A stretch of 63,337 nucleotides of DNA, counting the filler, from Octopus bimaculoides (lineage: Eukaryota): assembly GCF_001194135.2 (NCBI RefSeq). It is 4 parts of 4 records of this genome, joined end to end, with 100 filler letters (N's around TTAATTAATTAA, not from the genome) between each part and the next. Parts side by side here need not be neighbours in the genome. Positions count along the whole stretch, not along the records: positions 1 to 27,504 come from NC_068981.1; 3 more parts are not named here. One strand, written 5' to 3'. The position numbers and the translations under genes were made by a program. The notes below the pieces were generated by a model. That model was not told where the DNA came from, made no database searches, and worked only from the letters and a program-made list of their open reading frames with translations. Shown piece after piece: positions 11,885-25,291 of this stretch (positions are counted from its first letter, which is position 1; every line of letters starts with the position of its first letter).

Positions 11885-13502
11885 CTGTGCTATGCCTGGA
11901 GAAAGCTTTTGACAGGATCTCCCGATCCCTTATCTGGCAGTCAATGCGGAAACTAGGGATAGATGAGTAGTTAGTGAGAGCTGTACAGGGATGCTGTCAG
12001 TAAGGTGAGGGTTAACAATGAGTATAGTGAACAATTCTTGGTAGGGGCATGGGTTCACCAAGGATCAGTCCTCAACCCCCTCTTATTCATCATAGTCCTC
12101 CAGGCAATAACAGAGGAATTCAAGACAGGATGCCCCTGGGAGCTCCTCTGTGCTGATGACTTTGCTCTAATAGCTGAGTCACTATCAAAACAAGAGGAGA
12201 GGTTTCAGGTGTGGAAGCAAGGTCTAGATTCGAAGGGCCTTAGAGTCAATCTAGCAAAAGCCAAAGTCTTAATAAGTAGGAAGGCAGACAAATCACAAAT
12301 CCCTTCAGTTAGATGGCCCTGCTTGATCTGTAGAAAAGGCGAAGGTAGAAACTCCATAAGGTGTACCCAGTGTAAGCTATGGACACATAAGAGCTGCAGC
12401 AATATCAAAGGAAGGCTAACTGGGAAGAAAGTTTTTGCATGTGGCAAATGCTCAGTAGCAATAAACACCGAAAATGTGCAGAAAGCAGCTTCTGTCACAT
12501 TACAGGGAGAAAAACTAGAAGTAGTTCATAGCTTCCGTTACTTGGGTGACCAAGACAGTAGTGGGGGTAGATACTCCGAGAGTGTAGCTGTTAGAATAAG
12601 AATAGCCTGGGCAAAGTTCAAAGAGCTCCTACGTCTGCTGGTGACAAAGGGCCTCTCACTCAGAGTAAAAGGTAGACTGTATGATGCATGTGTACGAACA
12701 GCCATGCTACATGGCAGTGAAACATGGGCTGTGACTGCCGAGGACATGCGTAAGCTTGCAAGAAATGAAGCTAGTATGTTTCGCTGGATGTGAAATGTCA
12801 ATGTTCATACCCAACAGAGTGTAAGTGCCCTGATAGAAAAGTTGGACATAAGAAGCATCAGATGTGGTGTGCAAGAGAGACAACTGCACTGGTATGGTCA
12901 TGTGTTGCGAATGGATGAGGACAGCTGTGTGAAAAAATGTCACACCCTAGCAGTAGAGGGGAAACTGTGGAATAGGTGGTCCCAGGAAGACCTGAGATGA
13001 GGTGGTGAAGCATGACCTTCGAACATTGGGCCTCAGGGAAGCAATAACGAGTGACAGAGACCTTTGGAGATATACTGCGCTTGAGAAGACATGGCAAGCC
13101 AAGTGAGACTGTAACCGTGGCCTATGCCAGTGCAGTATCCATTTATGAGTACTCTTTAATCATTGGGCAAAAAACTGTGTTTGCAAAGACCTGTTGAGTT
13201 AAATGAAGTCATTGTTGTGGTCAATGCCAGTACTGCTTGACTGGCACCATGCCAGTGGCATGTAAAAACACCATCCAAGCATGATCGATGCCAGTACCAT
13301 CTGACTGGCTCTCATGCCAGTGGCGCATAAAAAGCACCCAATACACTCTTGGAGTGGTTGGCATTAGGAAGGGCATTCAGTTGTAGAAACATTGCCAGAT
13401 CAGATTGGAACCTGGTACAGCCTTCTGGCTTGCCAGTCCTCAGTCAAACCATCCAACCCATACCAGTATGGAAAGCAAACATTAATCGATGATGATGATG
13501 AT
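11885..13502 (+). mobile_element. 5'-truncated, frameshifted RTE-clade LINE
   Basis: RT motifs QGSVLNPLLFIIVL and LLCADD, C-terminal RIRIAWAKFKELL..LHGSETW, 3' UTR and (GAT)n tail. Confidence 0.92.
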
Positions 13503-13508
13503 ATACAT

Positions 13509-13562
<54 letters not shown>

Positions 13563-13687
13563 TCACATACACAAATACATCCCTAGATATTTTAGCATTT
13601 TGTAACACTTTCAGTTTGATGTTTCATATTGAATATATGTGCCCTTGTGACCAGTAAAGAAAAAAACTAATGTTGTTGCTGTTGTTG

Positions 13688-13690
<3 letters not shown>

Positions 13691-13754
<64 letters not shown>
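13691..13754. repeat. (ATT/TAA)n microsatellite at the 3' end of the Dong/R4-like element
   Basis: Visible directly; preceded by (GTT)n. Confidence 0.95.
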
Positions 13755-15991
13755 CATTCATTAGTCTTAATTTATTTGCATTCTTTTGATGCACTAATGA
13801 GTGCAGTTTATTGCACTTTGGTTATGTGTAATGCTTGTTATGCGAAATGCTTATTTTGGTTATGTAATTGTCTGCATGTTTCTGATTCGTTCATGAGTGT
13901 CTATTATTATTGGTAATATTTCTGTTTCCAGTCAATGCATTTTGGTTATCTCTATTTCTGAACATTTATATTTAGATAATTTCTCAGTCTTTTTATGCAA
14001 TACATTATCGTCTGTTGCAACTGTTACTTTTATTAGGAAACAACTTTCTTGCCTGATATACCTTAATAACAATATCAACTGATTAATCTTGATCTCCCAG
14101 CTGTGTTGTTTGACATATGGAAGGTTATGATCACTTTTCATTTCTGGCCCCTTTATTTCATCTCACTTATTTTCTGTTTGATTTCATAATGCTGGCATAA
14201 TTTCCAGTATATAAAACCTTAACTTGATTGTTCTTTAGATGTAAGCTTTCTTGACTGCAACTGGGCTACCAGATAAAATATGGTGGTTTGTTCTCAAATG
14301 TTCACATATTCTGCAATGTAATGACTGAATACAGCTTTTCTGTTGTTTTTGTTTTATAACTATTTGCATTAATTTTACATTATGCTTTATTATTTTTAGA
14401 TGCTGTATTCTAAATGTCAAAATTATTTTCTGAGTAGCCATGTAAAAATCTTTTCTCTTATGACACTTTCTTTCACGCTTTAACCGCTCATCTCCTTGCA
14501 TAAAGTTATACTTCCTCTCTCTTCTCACTCCACTCAGCTGAAAGATGTCTTAGTCTTGTGAGCTATATGGTAACATCCCTAAAAAAAAAGTATACTCTAT
14601 AAAGTGGTTGGCATTAGAAACGGCATTCTGCCATAGAAACCATGCAAAATCAGACATGAGAGTATGATGCAGGCCCTGGACCCATTGGGTATTGTCAAAC
14701 TGTTTAATTTATACCAGCATATAACATGGAGGCTCAAAGATGGTAATAACGATGATGATGTTTCTTTTCTCTGTTGGTTGAAATGAATTCAGTCGAAAAT
14801 ATTATAATTTATTACTAGGAAAGCTAGACAATTAATGACTGTTACCTCAGTCTTCCTTGTATTTAACCCATTTTAAGTATTAATCTAATGTGTCTATAAT
14901 ATTCATTCTTAACATTTTATTACATTAAATGTATTGTACTCCATCTAGTTCATTGATTACTAAGTATTTGTGAGTCTACATTTGGTTTAATTCTTCTATC
15001 TGTGTTTCTTTAACTAACATGATATTAATATTCTTAATTTATTTCACTCTCTTCAAGGTTGACTTAACACATTTTGCTAAACTGAATCTCATATGAATTT
15101 CTCTAGTAAATTCCTGTAGACTGTAACATTATTTCTGCTTGTTAACCATATGCAATGTACAACTTGATATCATCCATATACAATAATTAATTTATTCTCC
15201 TCCTATTATGTATATCCAGGTCTGGATGTTTATGCTATTATAATCTTGTTTTTGTCAGTTTCATGTGAGTATCTATTACATTCTACTACAGATGAACATC
15301 TCTGTGTTTTGTGGGTGTACAAACATCTTATATTACATTAATTTTATTTTGCTATAGTATCTGGCTCATTGTTTCTGGTCTTAATGTCATGTTTTCCCCT
15401 GTATAAAGTATGTGCTATGTTTGTTGCATGGTAAATACATTTTGTATATATTGTGTTAGCAGAACTACTGTTATATGTTTTAGTGTTAAATAGATATTGG
15501 GAGTATGTGGTGTGTGGTTTGTTCAAGATTTTGGACATAGAATAGTTCTGCTATCCATTTTTCCAAAGACTTTTCCAAACTATCTTGGATTTTGCTTTTT
15601 TTGTTTTCCTAACCCTTTCATGTGTTTTGTTCTAATTTAAATTTGCTACTTCAGTTGGGTACCTGGTTGTACTTTGTTGTTTCCTTACATAGAGTGTGAA
15701 AAGGGATTTTTTCACTCTTCCTTATTATGCTCATCAGCTTCCATTTGCTTTATTTTCAGTATTTTTTCTTATTCTACTGCTCCACTGTTGTCATATAGTA
15801 GGCCTCTATCTATATGAGCCTTTCCTTCCTTGTCTGTATAGTAAATATATCCTATCCGTATCAGCTTTGGAATAATACCTTCAAAACCCTGCCAGATGCT
15901 TCCTAGTATTTTTGTTCAAGCTTTTCAATTCACTTAACTTCCAATTTATTATATTCAAGTTGTAATTTATAACTGGAATGGCTAGCATATT

Positions 15992-16267
15992 TATATTATT
16001 TACATTATTTACATTTGACGGATATTTGTCCTCATCTTGTTTGTTGTTAACACAACGTTTCGGCTGATATACCCTCCAGCCTTCGTCAGGTGTCTTGGGG
16101 AAATTTCGAACCTGGGTTCTCATTCCTAACGATGTTACTATTATTATATTATTATTACTATTATTAATCAGGTCGCTGCCATGAATCAAACTCAGAACCT
16201 TGGGGTTAGTAGCCCGCGCTCTTAACCACTACGCCATAATTCCTCATCTCTTAAATATAGAACTGTA
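15992..16267 (-). mobile_element. tRNA-headed SINE-like element with minimal hammerhead (family E, copy 1), inserted in the Dong-like element
   Basis: Minus-strand head ggcgtagtggttaagagcgcgggctactaacccc, then (AAT)n, then the HHR; homologous to 29963-30312. Confidence 0.8.
16050..16093 (-). ncRNA. Minimal PLE-type hammerhead motif (intact core)
   Basis: ACAC-CTGACGA-A-GGCTG gagggtatat CAGCC-GAAACGTT-GTGT; palindromic AACGTT stem III. Confidence 0.7.
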
Positions 16268-19200
16268 TTAGCATATTTATATCTTATCTTATTTCTAGCA
16301 TTGACTTTGATTTTTGATATTAGCCTGACTCTGTTATAATACACTTTTCTAATTTCCTTCTTTATTTCTGTGCATCATATATTATCAGTTTTGTCATCTC
16401 AGTATTTGTATGGGTCATTCTAGTCTGATTTCATGATTCTGGTGTCTCAGAAGTCTATTAATATCCTCGCTTATAATTTATTTCCTTCTTTTCATTGTAG
16501 CTTTGATACATATGTCCATTCTATACTAATTCTTATGTCTTGTTTGGAATTATGCTCAATTTCTTAGCAGACTTACCAGTTTGGGATTATCCTTTGTAAA
16601 TATTTTCAAGCATCCAAATAGGAGATTTGGTTTATAGTTTGACTGTAGCATCTCTATACTCTATGTTGGTTTTGTTCAACAGGTTTGTTTATTGATTACT
16701 GCAAAGCAAATGAATAAATGGTGTGTGTATGGAGGTTGATAATAGTCCTCTTTAAAATTTCTACTTCATGCAGTTAGATGTGATTGTCACTTCTTTGTTT
16801 TGTGGTTGGCTAATACAGTTGGTATACATGACATCAGCATTTTAACTTTTGCTACTATTTTAAGTTCAGACTTCACTTGTTTGAAGTCTAAAACAATGAA
16901 ATCCTAATGCTTTGAATAAAATTGGTGTACTGCAAGCATTTTGTGAGTTGGAAAGGTGGGTGGCAACATAAATAATTGTTGTGCATATGCACAAAGAGGC
17001 ACATACAATACACAAACACATATATGTACAAACACACATACACTGTCCCTTAGGAATATACCTAGAGACATTTCTCTGATGTACGTGCCTATTAGGATTG
17101 TCTGCCACTCCAATGACGTTTTAAAGAATTTCAATATAATTCCATAAAATTCAGATAGTCTCACCATATTGATTAGCCAGTCATATGAGTCTAAACCAGC
17201 AATGCGACAGCTATTTTTACCTTTGTATATCTAGGCACCGTCACTACCATTTTGTTAATAAGGAGCTGGGAATACACATTTTTGCACTACATTTTCTAAA
17301 ATGTATATTTATTCTGTTGAATAATATTTTGTGGAGCAGGTTTATAAATGACTGACAGATTGCATAAATTACTGGACGATTTAGTGTTATATGTTTTTGG
17401 AGTTTGTTGTCAACCTGTCAGTAAATGACCATTTAAATATTTGGTCTGGATTGTTCAGGAGGGTGTTCAATGTGAACGTAGTCTGGCAGTACAGTATGTC
17501 AAAATATTGAATACTGTCAATTCGATAACACTTCCAATGTCTGAATATGTCAAAGGCAAACTTCACATCAGATATTGCAATACTTTGGGGAGATTTATAT
17601 CCTATTGTTTTTATTTTCAGTTTCATTTAATCAGCAATTATGATAATTTTCAAAAATATATTTCCAAAACGGATTTAGTTCTTTAGCAGGTATTTTATAT
17701 ACCGATATGTTGTTGCAGTAGACTGTCCTATATAACTCTGTGGTTATTTTTTTAAGGCAAGGTTCTCAGTGAACTGTCTCTAAATAAAACTATTTATATT
17801 TAATTTATTATTCAAAGGAAATATTTTTCATTTTCAAAAGTCAAGTGTTAGCAGCCATTTTTATTCATTCTTTATGCATCATCATAAGATATGTATTTTT
17901 GTTGTTTTTGTAGAAGGGTTATCTGTTGTCATCTATTTTATTTTACTTGGCTTGCTATGTTGAATATCTGTACTATAATTCAATTTATCCTTCTACTTAT
18001 CTATTCTATTTTGGTAACTTCTATCTTTTGTTAGGAAACGTTGCTTCTTTAACTCTGTGTTTTGTATTGTTGTATGTAACCGTTTAGCTTGGTTATATCA
18101 CTAGTATTGAAATATATTTTATTTAGTTCTCTGAGCACATTACTTATAATATCCCTTAGTCTACATTAGTATTTAAAAGAACATTTACTAGAAAACTGCT
18201 TGTTTTCCATAGGAGTTACTGTAGCCTGTACTTAGTGGGTTCATAAGCTGTTATTAATATAATATTGTCAGTTCCCTGTTCATACCCAACAGAAATTGAT
18301 AAAACCCTTTTAACAACAAAGGCAAAATGATTTATCACTGTTGAAATATGAAACATGACACTACTAAGTACCAAGAAACCTGTTGATGTCAGTAACATCT
18401 AAAAGGCAACGTTAATATTATTGATTACTATCAGAGCTATCACAGTGACCGTTATTAATAAAACTACCATAATTTTGCCTATTTACAGCATTCATAAATG
18501 AACTATCATATTCATTCTTTATGATATACTTGATTTCTTATTTCATTACCCAAAGTTCTATGTTACTGAATGTTTGGAATTGTTTGCATCACTGAATATT
18601 TGTTAATGTTAGTCAACTATTCTATGCTTGGTGCAAGTTGCATCTGAATATTGTTTTCAGTAGCATTGCATTATCTCACTTTTTGATTTGAGAACATTTA
18701 TAAAAGCCTTGAAATAACATTGATGAAGTGTAGATTCCATCCCTTCTTTTATCCTTTTTTTTCCTTGTTGCACTATAATGTCATCATCGTGTGCTCCTTT
18801 ATATTGTAGTTCTTGAGATGACACATACTTATCTATTACTCCATGCATTGCAATGATCGCGATGTATACTCTAGTAAACAAGCTGTCTAATAAAATATGC
18901 AAAATTTCATTCAAGGGATTTGTTTTACATCTATTGGTGATAAATATGTCTGGTTTGTAGGAGAGTTCTTTCACTTTAATACACACAAAGAGAAAAAAAA
19001 CAAAACAAAACAAACAGTATATAATATATTTTCTAACTAAAAGGTAAACATTATTTTTAATATTCATATTTTTGTTGCTTTTAAGTTAATCATCAATCAC
19101 CAATCATTTAGTCAGACCCTGCTGCATTATCAACATGTTATCTAGAAGACATTTTATTCATTTATTTCTTTATTTGATGGCTACATTTCAGGGGTAATTT

Positions 19201-19615
19201 TCTGATTCATCACTGTCTCATTGTCATAGAGTGTTCACATTCTTTGTTTTCAACATTTTCCATGATTGTTAGTTCCACTAATATTAGAACATTTTTTCCT
19301 TCTGTTTTTGTTAAAATGACAATTTCGTGTAAGTGATACATGAGTATGATTCAGTGTTCTGTAGTGCCAATGTAGAAATGATAGTGCACCAAGTGCATTG
19401 AAATTCTTTGCTTTTGTATTCTGTTACATCTGAACAAAAATACAGAAACAAAAACTCATGCACACACAAATACGATTGTACACACACATATATATATATC
19501 AGTAGAAATTAAAAGAATTACAGCTCCCTGCCTAGTGCAAGGCTATTTGTGTGTAAATATATATGTGTGTGTGTGTATAGAATATATACACAAATATCTC
19601 TAGACAATTGTGTGC

Positions 19616-19673
<58 letters not shown>

Positions 19674-20112
19674 ATCCTCTTTAACATTCACATTTTCATG
19701 CTTGCATGGCTCCAATACATATCATTTGATCTTCTATAGCTGGTTGCCCATTTATCACCATGTGTTTAAGAAGTTTGCTTACCAATGTCATGATTACCAG
19801 TGACAATGCACCAACATACTGGTTGGTACAATTGAGCAAATGTCTTTATAACAGTTCTGGTCATTGTGTATATATATATAAGAACCAGGGATTGAGGTGT
19901 GGGAAGAAAGTTAGTTTCAATCAATCCATAGTAAATATAGAAAAACAACTTTCAGGGACAATAGTGGTCTATTGAGATGGAAAGTTGTGGATTTTTTTTG
20001 ATATCGAAGTACAATGAACTGGAAAAGTTCTTTTTATATTTCATGGTAGGCAACCAGGGTTGCCAGGTGTGTGAATAAGAATACAAGAGTTAAAGAATGG
20101 AAAAAATAAGAT

Positions 20113-20200
20113 CTGGGTTACATATGTTTCATAGTCAGCAGAACTTCAGAAGTGGTAAACATCCAAGTGAGGTGTATACCACAGGCTACTCTTCAGGCCA
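20113..20200 (-). ncRNA. Long-loop hammerhead motif family 2, partly decayed copy
   Basis: GGC-CTGAAGA-GTAGC..ACTAT-GAAAC-ATAT-GTA/ACC; homologous to 49032-49109. Confidence 0.5.
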
Positions 20201-20544
20201 AGGTTATCTTGATTAAATGGAAGTTTATAATGTCACAAGGAGGTACATGTTAACATATTGGAAGATTCAGTCAGAACGTGTAGTAAGTAGGATATTCTTA
20301 AGCAACAAGTTTAATTTCATTTTCTCCATTTCCATGTCTTCCACACAGTTAGTGTTCACTAGATTAGGAACAAGTGATATATAAATATAAGATCCAAGGA
20401 TCGAGGTGTAGGAAGAAAGTTCCCCTCAAGCAATCTGTAGTAAATATTAAAAACAACTTCAGGCAAAATAGTGGTTTATTGGGACAGAAGATTGTGGATT
20501 TTTTTTTTTTTTTTTGTATTGACGTATGATAAACTGATTGAATC

Positions 20545-20722
20545 TTCCATGTGTTAACTAGTACCTTCTTGCGACAATGTAAATTTTCATTTAATCAAGT
20601 TATCCTTGGTCTAAACAGTATCCTGTGGTATACACATTGGTTGGATATTTACGACTTCTGAGGTTCCACTCTCTATGAAACATATATAGCCCAGATCTTA
20701 TCTTCTCCATTCTTTAACTCTT
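20545..20722 (+). mobile_element. Decayed copy of the HHR-family-2 element (repeated across a 10-N gap at 20754-20910)
   Basis: ccttggtctaaacagtatcc..ctatgaaacatatatagcccagatc is homologous to the 20113-20200 and 49030 copies, but its core is mutated. Confidence 0.65.
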
Positions 20723-20934
20723 GTATATACATATACATATATANNNNNNNNNNTTGCGACAATGTAAATTTTCATTTAATCAAGTTATCCTTGGTCTAAA
20801 CAGTATCCTGTGGTATACACATTGGTTGGATATTTACGACTTCTGAGGTTCCACTCTCTATGAAACATATATAGCCCAGATCTTATCTTCTCCATTCTTT
20901 AACTCTTGTATATACATATACATATATAGTTATT

Positions 20935-21165
20935 TATTTCTTTATTACCCACAGGGGGCTGAACATAAAGGAGACAAACAAGGACAGACAAAGGGATTAA
21001 GTTGATTACATCGACCCCAGTACGTAACTGCTGCTTATTTAATCAACCCCAAAAGGATAAAAGGCAAAGTGGAGCTCACCATAATTTAAACTCAGAATGT
21101 AACAGCAGACAAAATACCACTAAGCATTTTGCCCAGTCTGCTAATGATTCTGCCAGCTTGCTGCC
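20935..21165 (-). mobile_element. SINE family B copy
   Basis: Reverse complement of the 3335-3560 family. Confidence 0.75.
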
Positions 21166-21412
21166 CTACACACACACACACACAGACAAACATATATATT
21201 TTGGCATGACTGTGCAGTAAGAAACTTGCTTTGAACTGAATGGTTTCAGGTTCAATCCCACTGCATGGCACCTTGGGTAAGTGACTTCTACTATAGCCTT
21301 AAGCTGCCCAAGCCTTGTGAGTGGATTTGGAAGACAAAAACTGAAAGAAACCTGTTGTAAACACACACACACACACACATGTATATTTATATATATCTAT
21401 AGCTTTGTCTGG

Positions 21413-21797
21413 TGGAGGCGCAATGGCGGCCCAGTAGTTAGGGCAGCGGACTCACGGTCATAGGATTGCGGTTTCGATACCCAGACTGGGTGTTGTGAGT
21501 GTTTATTGAGTGAAAACACCTAAAGCTCCATGAGGCTCCGGCAGGGGATGGTGGCGAACTCTGCTGTACTCTTTCACCACAACTTTCTCTCACTCTTACC
21601 TTCTGTTTCTCTTGTGCCTGTAATTCAAAGGGTCAGCCTTGTCACACTATGGCACGCTGAATATCCCAGAGAATTACGTTAAGGGTACACATGTCTGTGG
21701 AGTGCTCAGCCACTTGCACGTTAATTTCACGAGCAGGCTGTTCTGTTGATCGGATCAACTGAAACCCTCGACGTTGTAAACGACGAAGTGCCAACAA
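21413..21797 (+). mobile_element. tRNA-derived SINE family C (resembles octopus OR-type SINEs as I recall them)
   Basis: Head ggaggcgcaatggc..cagtagttagggcagcggactc..ggtttcgataccc with A/B boxes, followed by a ~300-bp body. Confidence 0.7.
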
Positions 21798-22033
21798 TAT
21801 CTTTGTCTATCTATATATGTATGTATGTGTATATGTGTCTATGTGCATATGTATGCATGTATGTACTTACGTACATATGTATGTATATATGTATCTATGT
21901 ATGTGTGTTTTAGAATAAGCACCCGGCATTAAAACAAGTATAGGGGTTGACTTAGTCAACTAAAATCTCTTCAAGGCAGTGCCCCAGTATGGCTGCAGCC
22001 AAATGACTAATACAAGTTAAAGAATAAAAGAAT

Positions 22034-22070
<37 letters not shown>

Positions 22071-22218
22071 AGTTATAATTAAACATTAAATTTGAAATTT
22101 AAAATTTAGCATCCAAACTGCTAGGTTACAGGGAAGTAAACACACCAACATCGGTAGTTATTATCAGCGATGAGGGGGGGGGGACAAACTCAATCACACA
22201 AATACATACACACATGCA

Positions 22219-22254
<36 letters not shown>

Positions 22255-24213
22255 NNNNNNNNNNNNNNNNNNNNNNNNNNNNNNNNNNNNNNNNNNNNNN
22301 NNNNNNNNNNNNNNNNNNNNNNNNNNNNNNNNNNNNNNNNNNNNNNNNNNNNNNNNNNNNNNNNNNNNNNNNNNNNNNNNNNNNNNNNNNNNNNNNNNNN
22401 NNNNNNNNNNNNNNNNNNNNNNNNNNNNNNNNNNNNNNNNNNNNNNNNNNNNNNNNNNNNNNNNNNNNNNNNNNNNNNNNNNNNNNNNNNNNNNNNNNNN
22501 NNNNNATATATATATATATATATATATATAGTAAGTAATTCAGGAGAAAATACTTGTGAAGATATCCTTGACTCTATTATTATCTAGTGTAACGATTTAA
22601 AAATGATAATAACAGAATCAATTATATAGGCAGTTGCAAGCCCCAAAACAGCATTAAATAGCTGAAAAATTAATGCATGCTGAGGAAGCTGAGGCTATAA
22701 GTGCCAGTCCACGTAAGTCCAAAAACTTGAATGTATGCTGAGAGAGTGTCTTAGCCCTTTGCCTTCGGATGGTTGCTTTCTGTAGTTATTATCAGTCTAT
22801 TTTGGCGATTTACATAAGAGTTTTGACTATTATTTCCAGCAGATAGACATACTTTGTATGTCCTTTGATTAATTTTATATATATATGATGGCAGTGTCTC
22901 ATAGTCTGAGAAAGACAGTTTGCAATTTCTAGCTGAAAATCCTGCACAAAGGATTTGTTTATAGTGATCAAATATTTTTACTATACATCAAATTAACATT
23001 GCCTGAACTGCTGCATGGTGTATCATGAGTCAGGTGGTGAAGTGATTGCAGGGCAATGTGTGATGACAGGTTTTGTTCAATAACGCAACACACCACACGT
23101 TCCTGGAACTGAAATCATGATCATGCGATCATGAGTGCAACACCCTTAACTGCTACACCATGTGCCAATGACATATATATACATACATACATACATACAT
23201 ATATGTGTGTGTGTTTGTATGAATGTGTGTGTGACTGTTCCTCTGTGTACATTTGGGTCTCCTTGTTTTGACATCACATGATAGTTGTAAATCAATATCA
23301 CAGTCATATGAGCAGTGTCATTCAGTTCCGATATTCTTCTAAGACATGATTACCCATGGGAAAATAATGCCTTTCTTGGAAACAGTCCAAAGAAAATCTG
23401 ACTCTATAAACTCCATCCAATCCATTCATGCTAGCATGCAAAAGTGGATACAAGATTGTGATCATGACCATACATACATACATACTTACAGATACATAAA
23501 CATGCACATACATGATGGGTTTCTTCTATTAAATCTGTCTGTCAAATCCACTAAAAAAGCTTTGGTCAGTTCAATGCTATATTAGTGGACACTTGCCCAA
23601 GTTGACACACAGTGGGACTGAATCCGGAACCATGTAAAGTAAACTTCTTTGGGAAGCAAACTTCTTTCCACACAGTCATGTTTTAAAAAATTAAACATCT
23701 CAAATTACAATACCAATATATATGTAGGAAATACTAAACCTAAAGAAACCTTCAACGGCTATATTATAAACACATCAAATCTTACAACCTATCTATATAA
23801 TCATTACGGGAATTAATAATTTGTAATTTATATATTTTTATTCTTATTTTTCTATTTAATATGACTTATGTATTTTTAACTTTGATCCGTTAATGATAAT
23901 AACAATAAGATAAATAGCCTGAGAACGCACTGGTGGATTTATGTATTAGGTATAGCTTTAATAAACACCTCACTAGTGCAGAAATAAGTGTAATATTGAT
24001 TAAAAATATCTTCTTTCCCCACAGACTAACAATAGGTAAGTTATATATATTTAAAAAATATTTTTTAAAATAATTTTATTGTATTTTATAGCAGGTTTTT
24101 TAAATGCTTATATTATTTTATTATTATTGGATATAACTTTCTATGTGTATCCCATACAATAAGGTTATCCTGAAATAGGAGTTGTGGTTCTATTGGCAAA
24201 ATCCCAAATTTGT

Positions 24214-24245
<32 letters not shown>

Positions 24246-24329
24246 GCTATACAGTATTATAAATCCATTTTAGCCCATTTTATCAAAAGGTTTTTCACAT
24301 TAGTTTGGTGATAACCTATGGCAACTCTT

Positions 24330-24830
24330 GACAGAAGGGCTACTATGAAAAGCATGGTGATGAGCCTATGCTATTCTGCCAATCTTCAGGTTGGTTTCTA
24401 CTGTGACCTTGAGTCTCAGAGATTTCTAAATAAGAGTTTAACAATGTTGATATGTGTAACCTCATTGTCATTTTTTATCTTGGATTTTTCTTAATATGAA
24501 ATTCCCTCAGCTATCTTTTGTACAGAGACAATACTTTGACAATAATAAGAGAGGCTAATGGCTTCACATTTGGTAGACCTAGGAGTGACCTAATCTGTAC
24601 CCAGAATTCTTTTGAGGTGAAGGTCACATCAAAAACCAACTTGATGGCAGTTGATCTCCTTGACATGACCTTCAACTTAGAATCTACTGCTTATAAGTCC
24701 TTTAAGAAGCGAAACAATCGGCAGACATACATCAATACAGCTTCCTGTCATCCAGTCATAACATTCAGGCACCTGGTTGAAGAGAATTGGCAGAAGAATC
24801 CCTGACTTGTTTTCCAGTTAATTAGTTCTT
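24330..24830 (+). mobile_element. Penelope-like element RT fragment
   Basis: LYRDNTLTIIREANG..TNLMAVDLLDMTFNLESTAYKSFKKRNNRQTYINTASCHP matches the PLE RT pattern LYRDD..FLDVTF.L....Y.P..KPN....YI...S.HP. Confidence 0.75.
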
Positions 24831-25291
24831 GACATTGCAGCTCTATATTACAATGAGATTTAGCATTTAAACTGGCCATATCCAGCTCAAATAGTCTACT
24901 TGTTTTACATTAAAACTGGCCATATTTAGCCTCCCACAACTACCCTACAAAGACATTCTAAAAATAAACAATCACATCATTGAAATCTCAAAGCTATGAG
25001 ATAAGGTATGGTTAATTCAAAATGATATAAATAAATAAGCATTATATTTAGCAGAGTTATCTGAACACTAAAGCATTAAGGAGAGGATTAGTTACATGCT
25101 TGACTGTAACCCCATCAAGAGACACTATCAGAATCTCCTATTGTTCACACCCCACCTGTTTGAATGTAGAAACTTGTGTAGGTAAGATCTTAGGTTAGGG
25201 GATAAACACTTTCTAATGAGTTAGTCAATTTGATATTTATTGTTGTTCATACATTTAACACATACAAACATATATTAAATACATGCATATA

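Larger units (their letters stand above)
13760..16860 (-). mobile_element. Degenerate Dong/R4-clade non-LTR retrotransposon (RT + CCHC + restriction-like endonuclease)
   Basis: LLYMDDIKLY at ~15156-15186; CRICEHLRTNHHILSGSPVAVKKAY zinc-knuckle remnant at ~14240-14320; CFLIKVTVATDDNVLHKKTEKLSKYKCSEIEITKM RLE remnant at ~13940-14050. Confidence 0.8.

Noticed and set aside
20570-20927. Near-exact ~170-bp direct repeat across a 10-N gap
   Set aside because: Typical unmerged contig overlap; treated as an assembly artefact.
21413-21490. tRNA-like sequences here and at 16180-16236 and 29970-30030
   Set aside because: They are SINE heads without a complete cloverleaf and continue into repeat bodies.
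24025-24035. Plus-strand 11-nt microexon-like site (ccccacag|ACTAACAATAG|gtaagt)
   Set aside because: It is antisense to the host gene, sits beside PLE-like sequence, and no partner exons were found.
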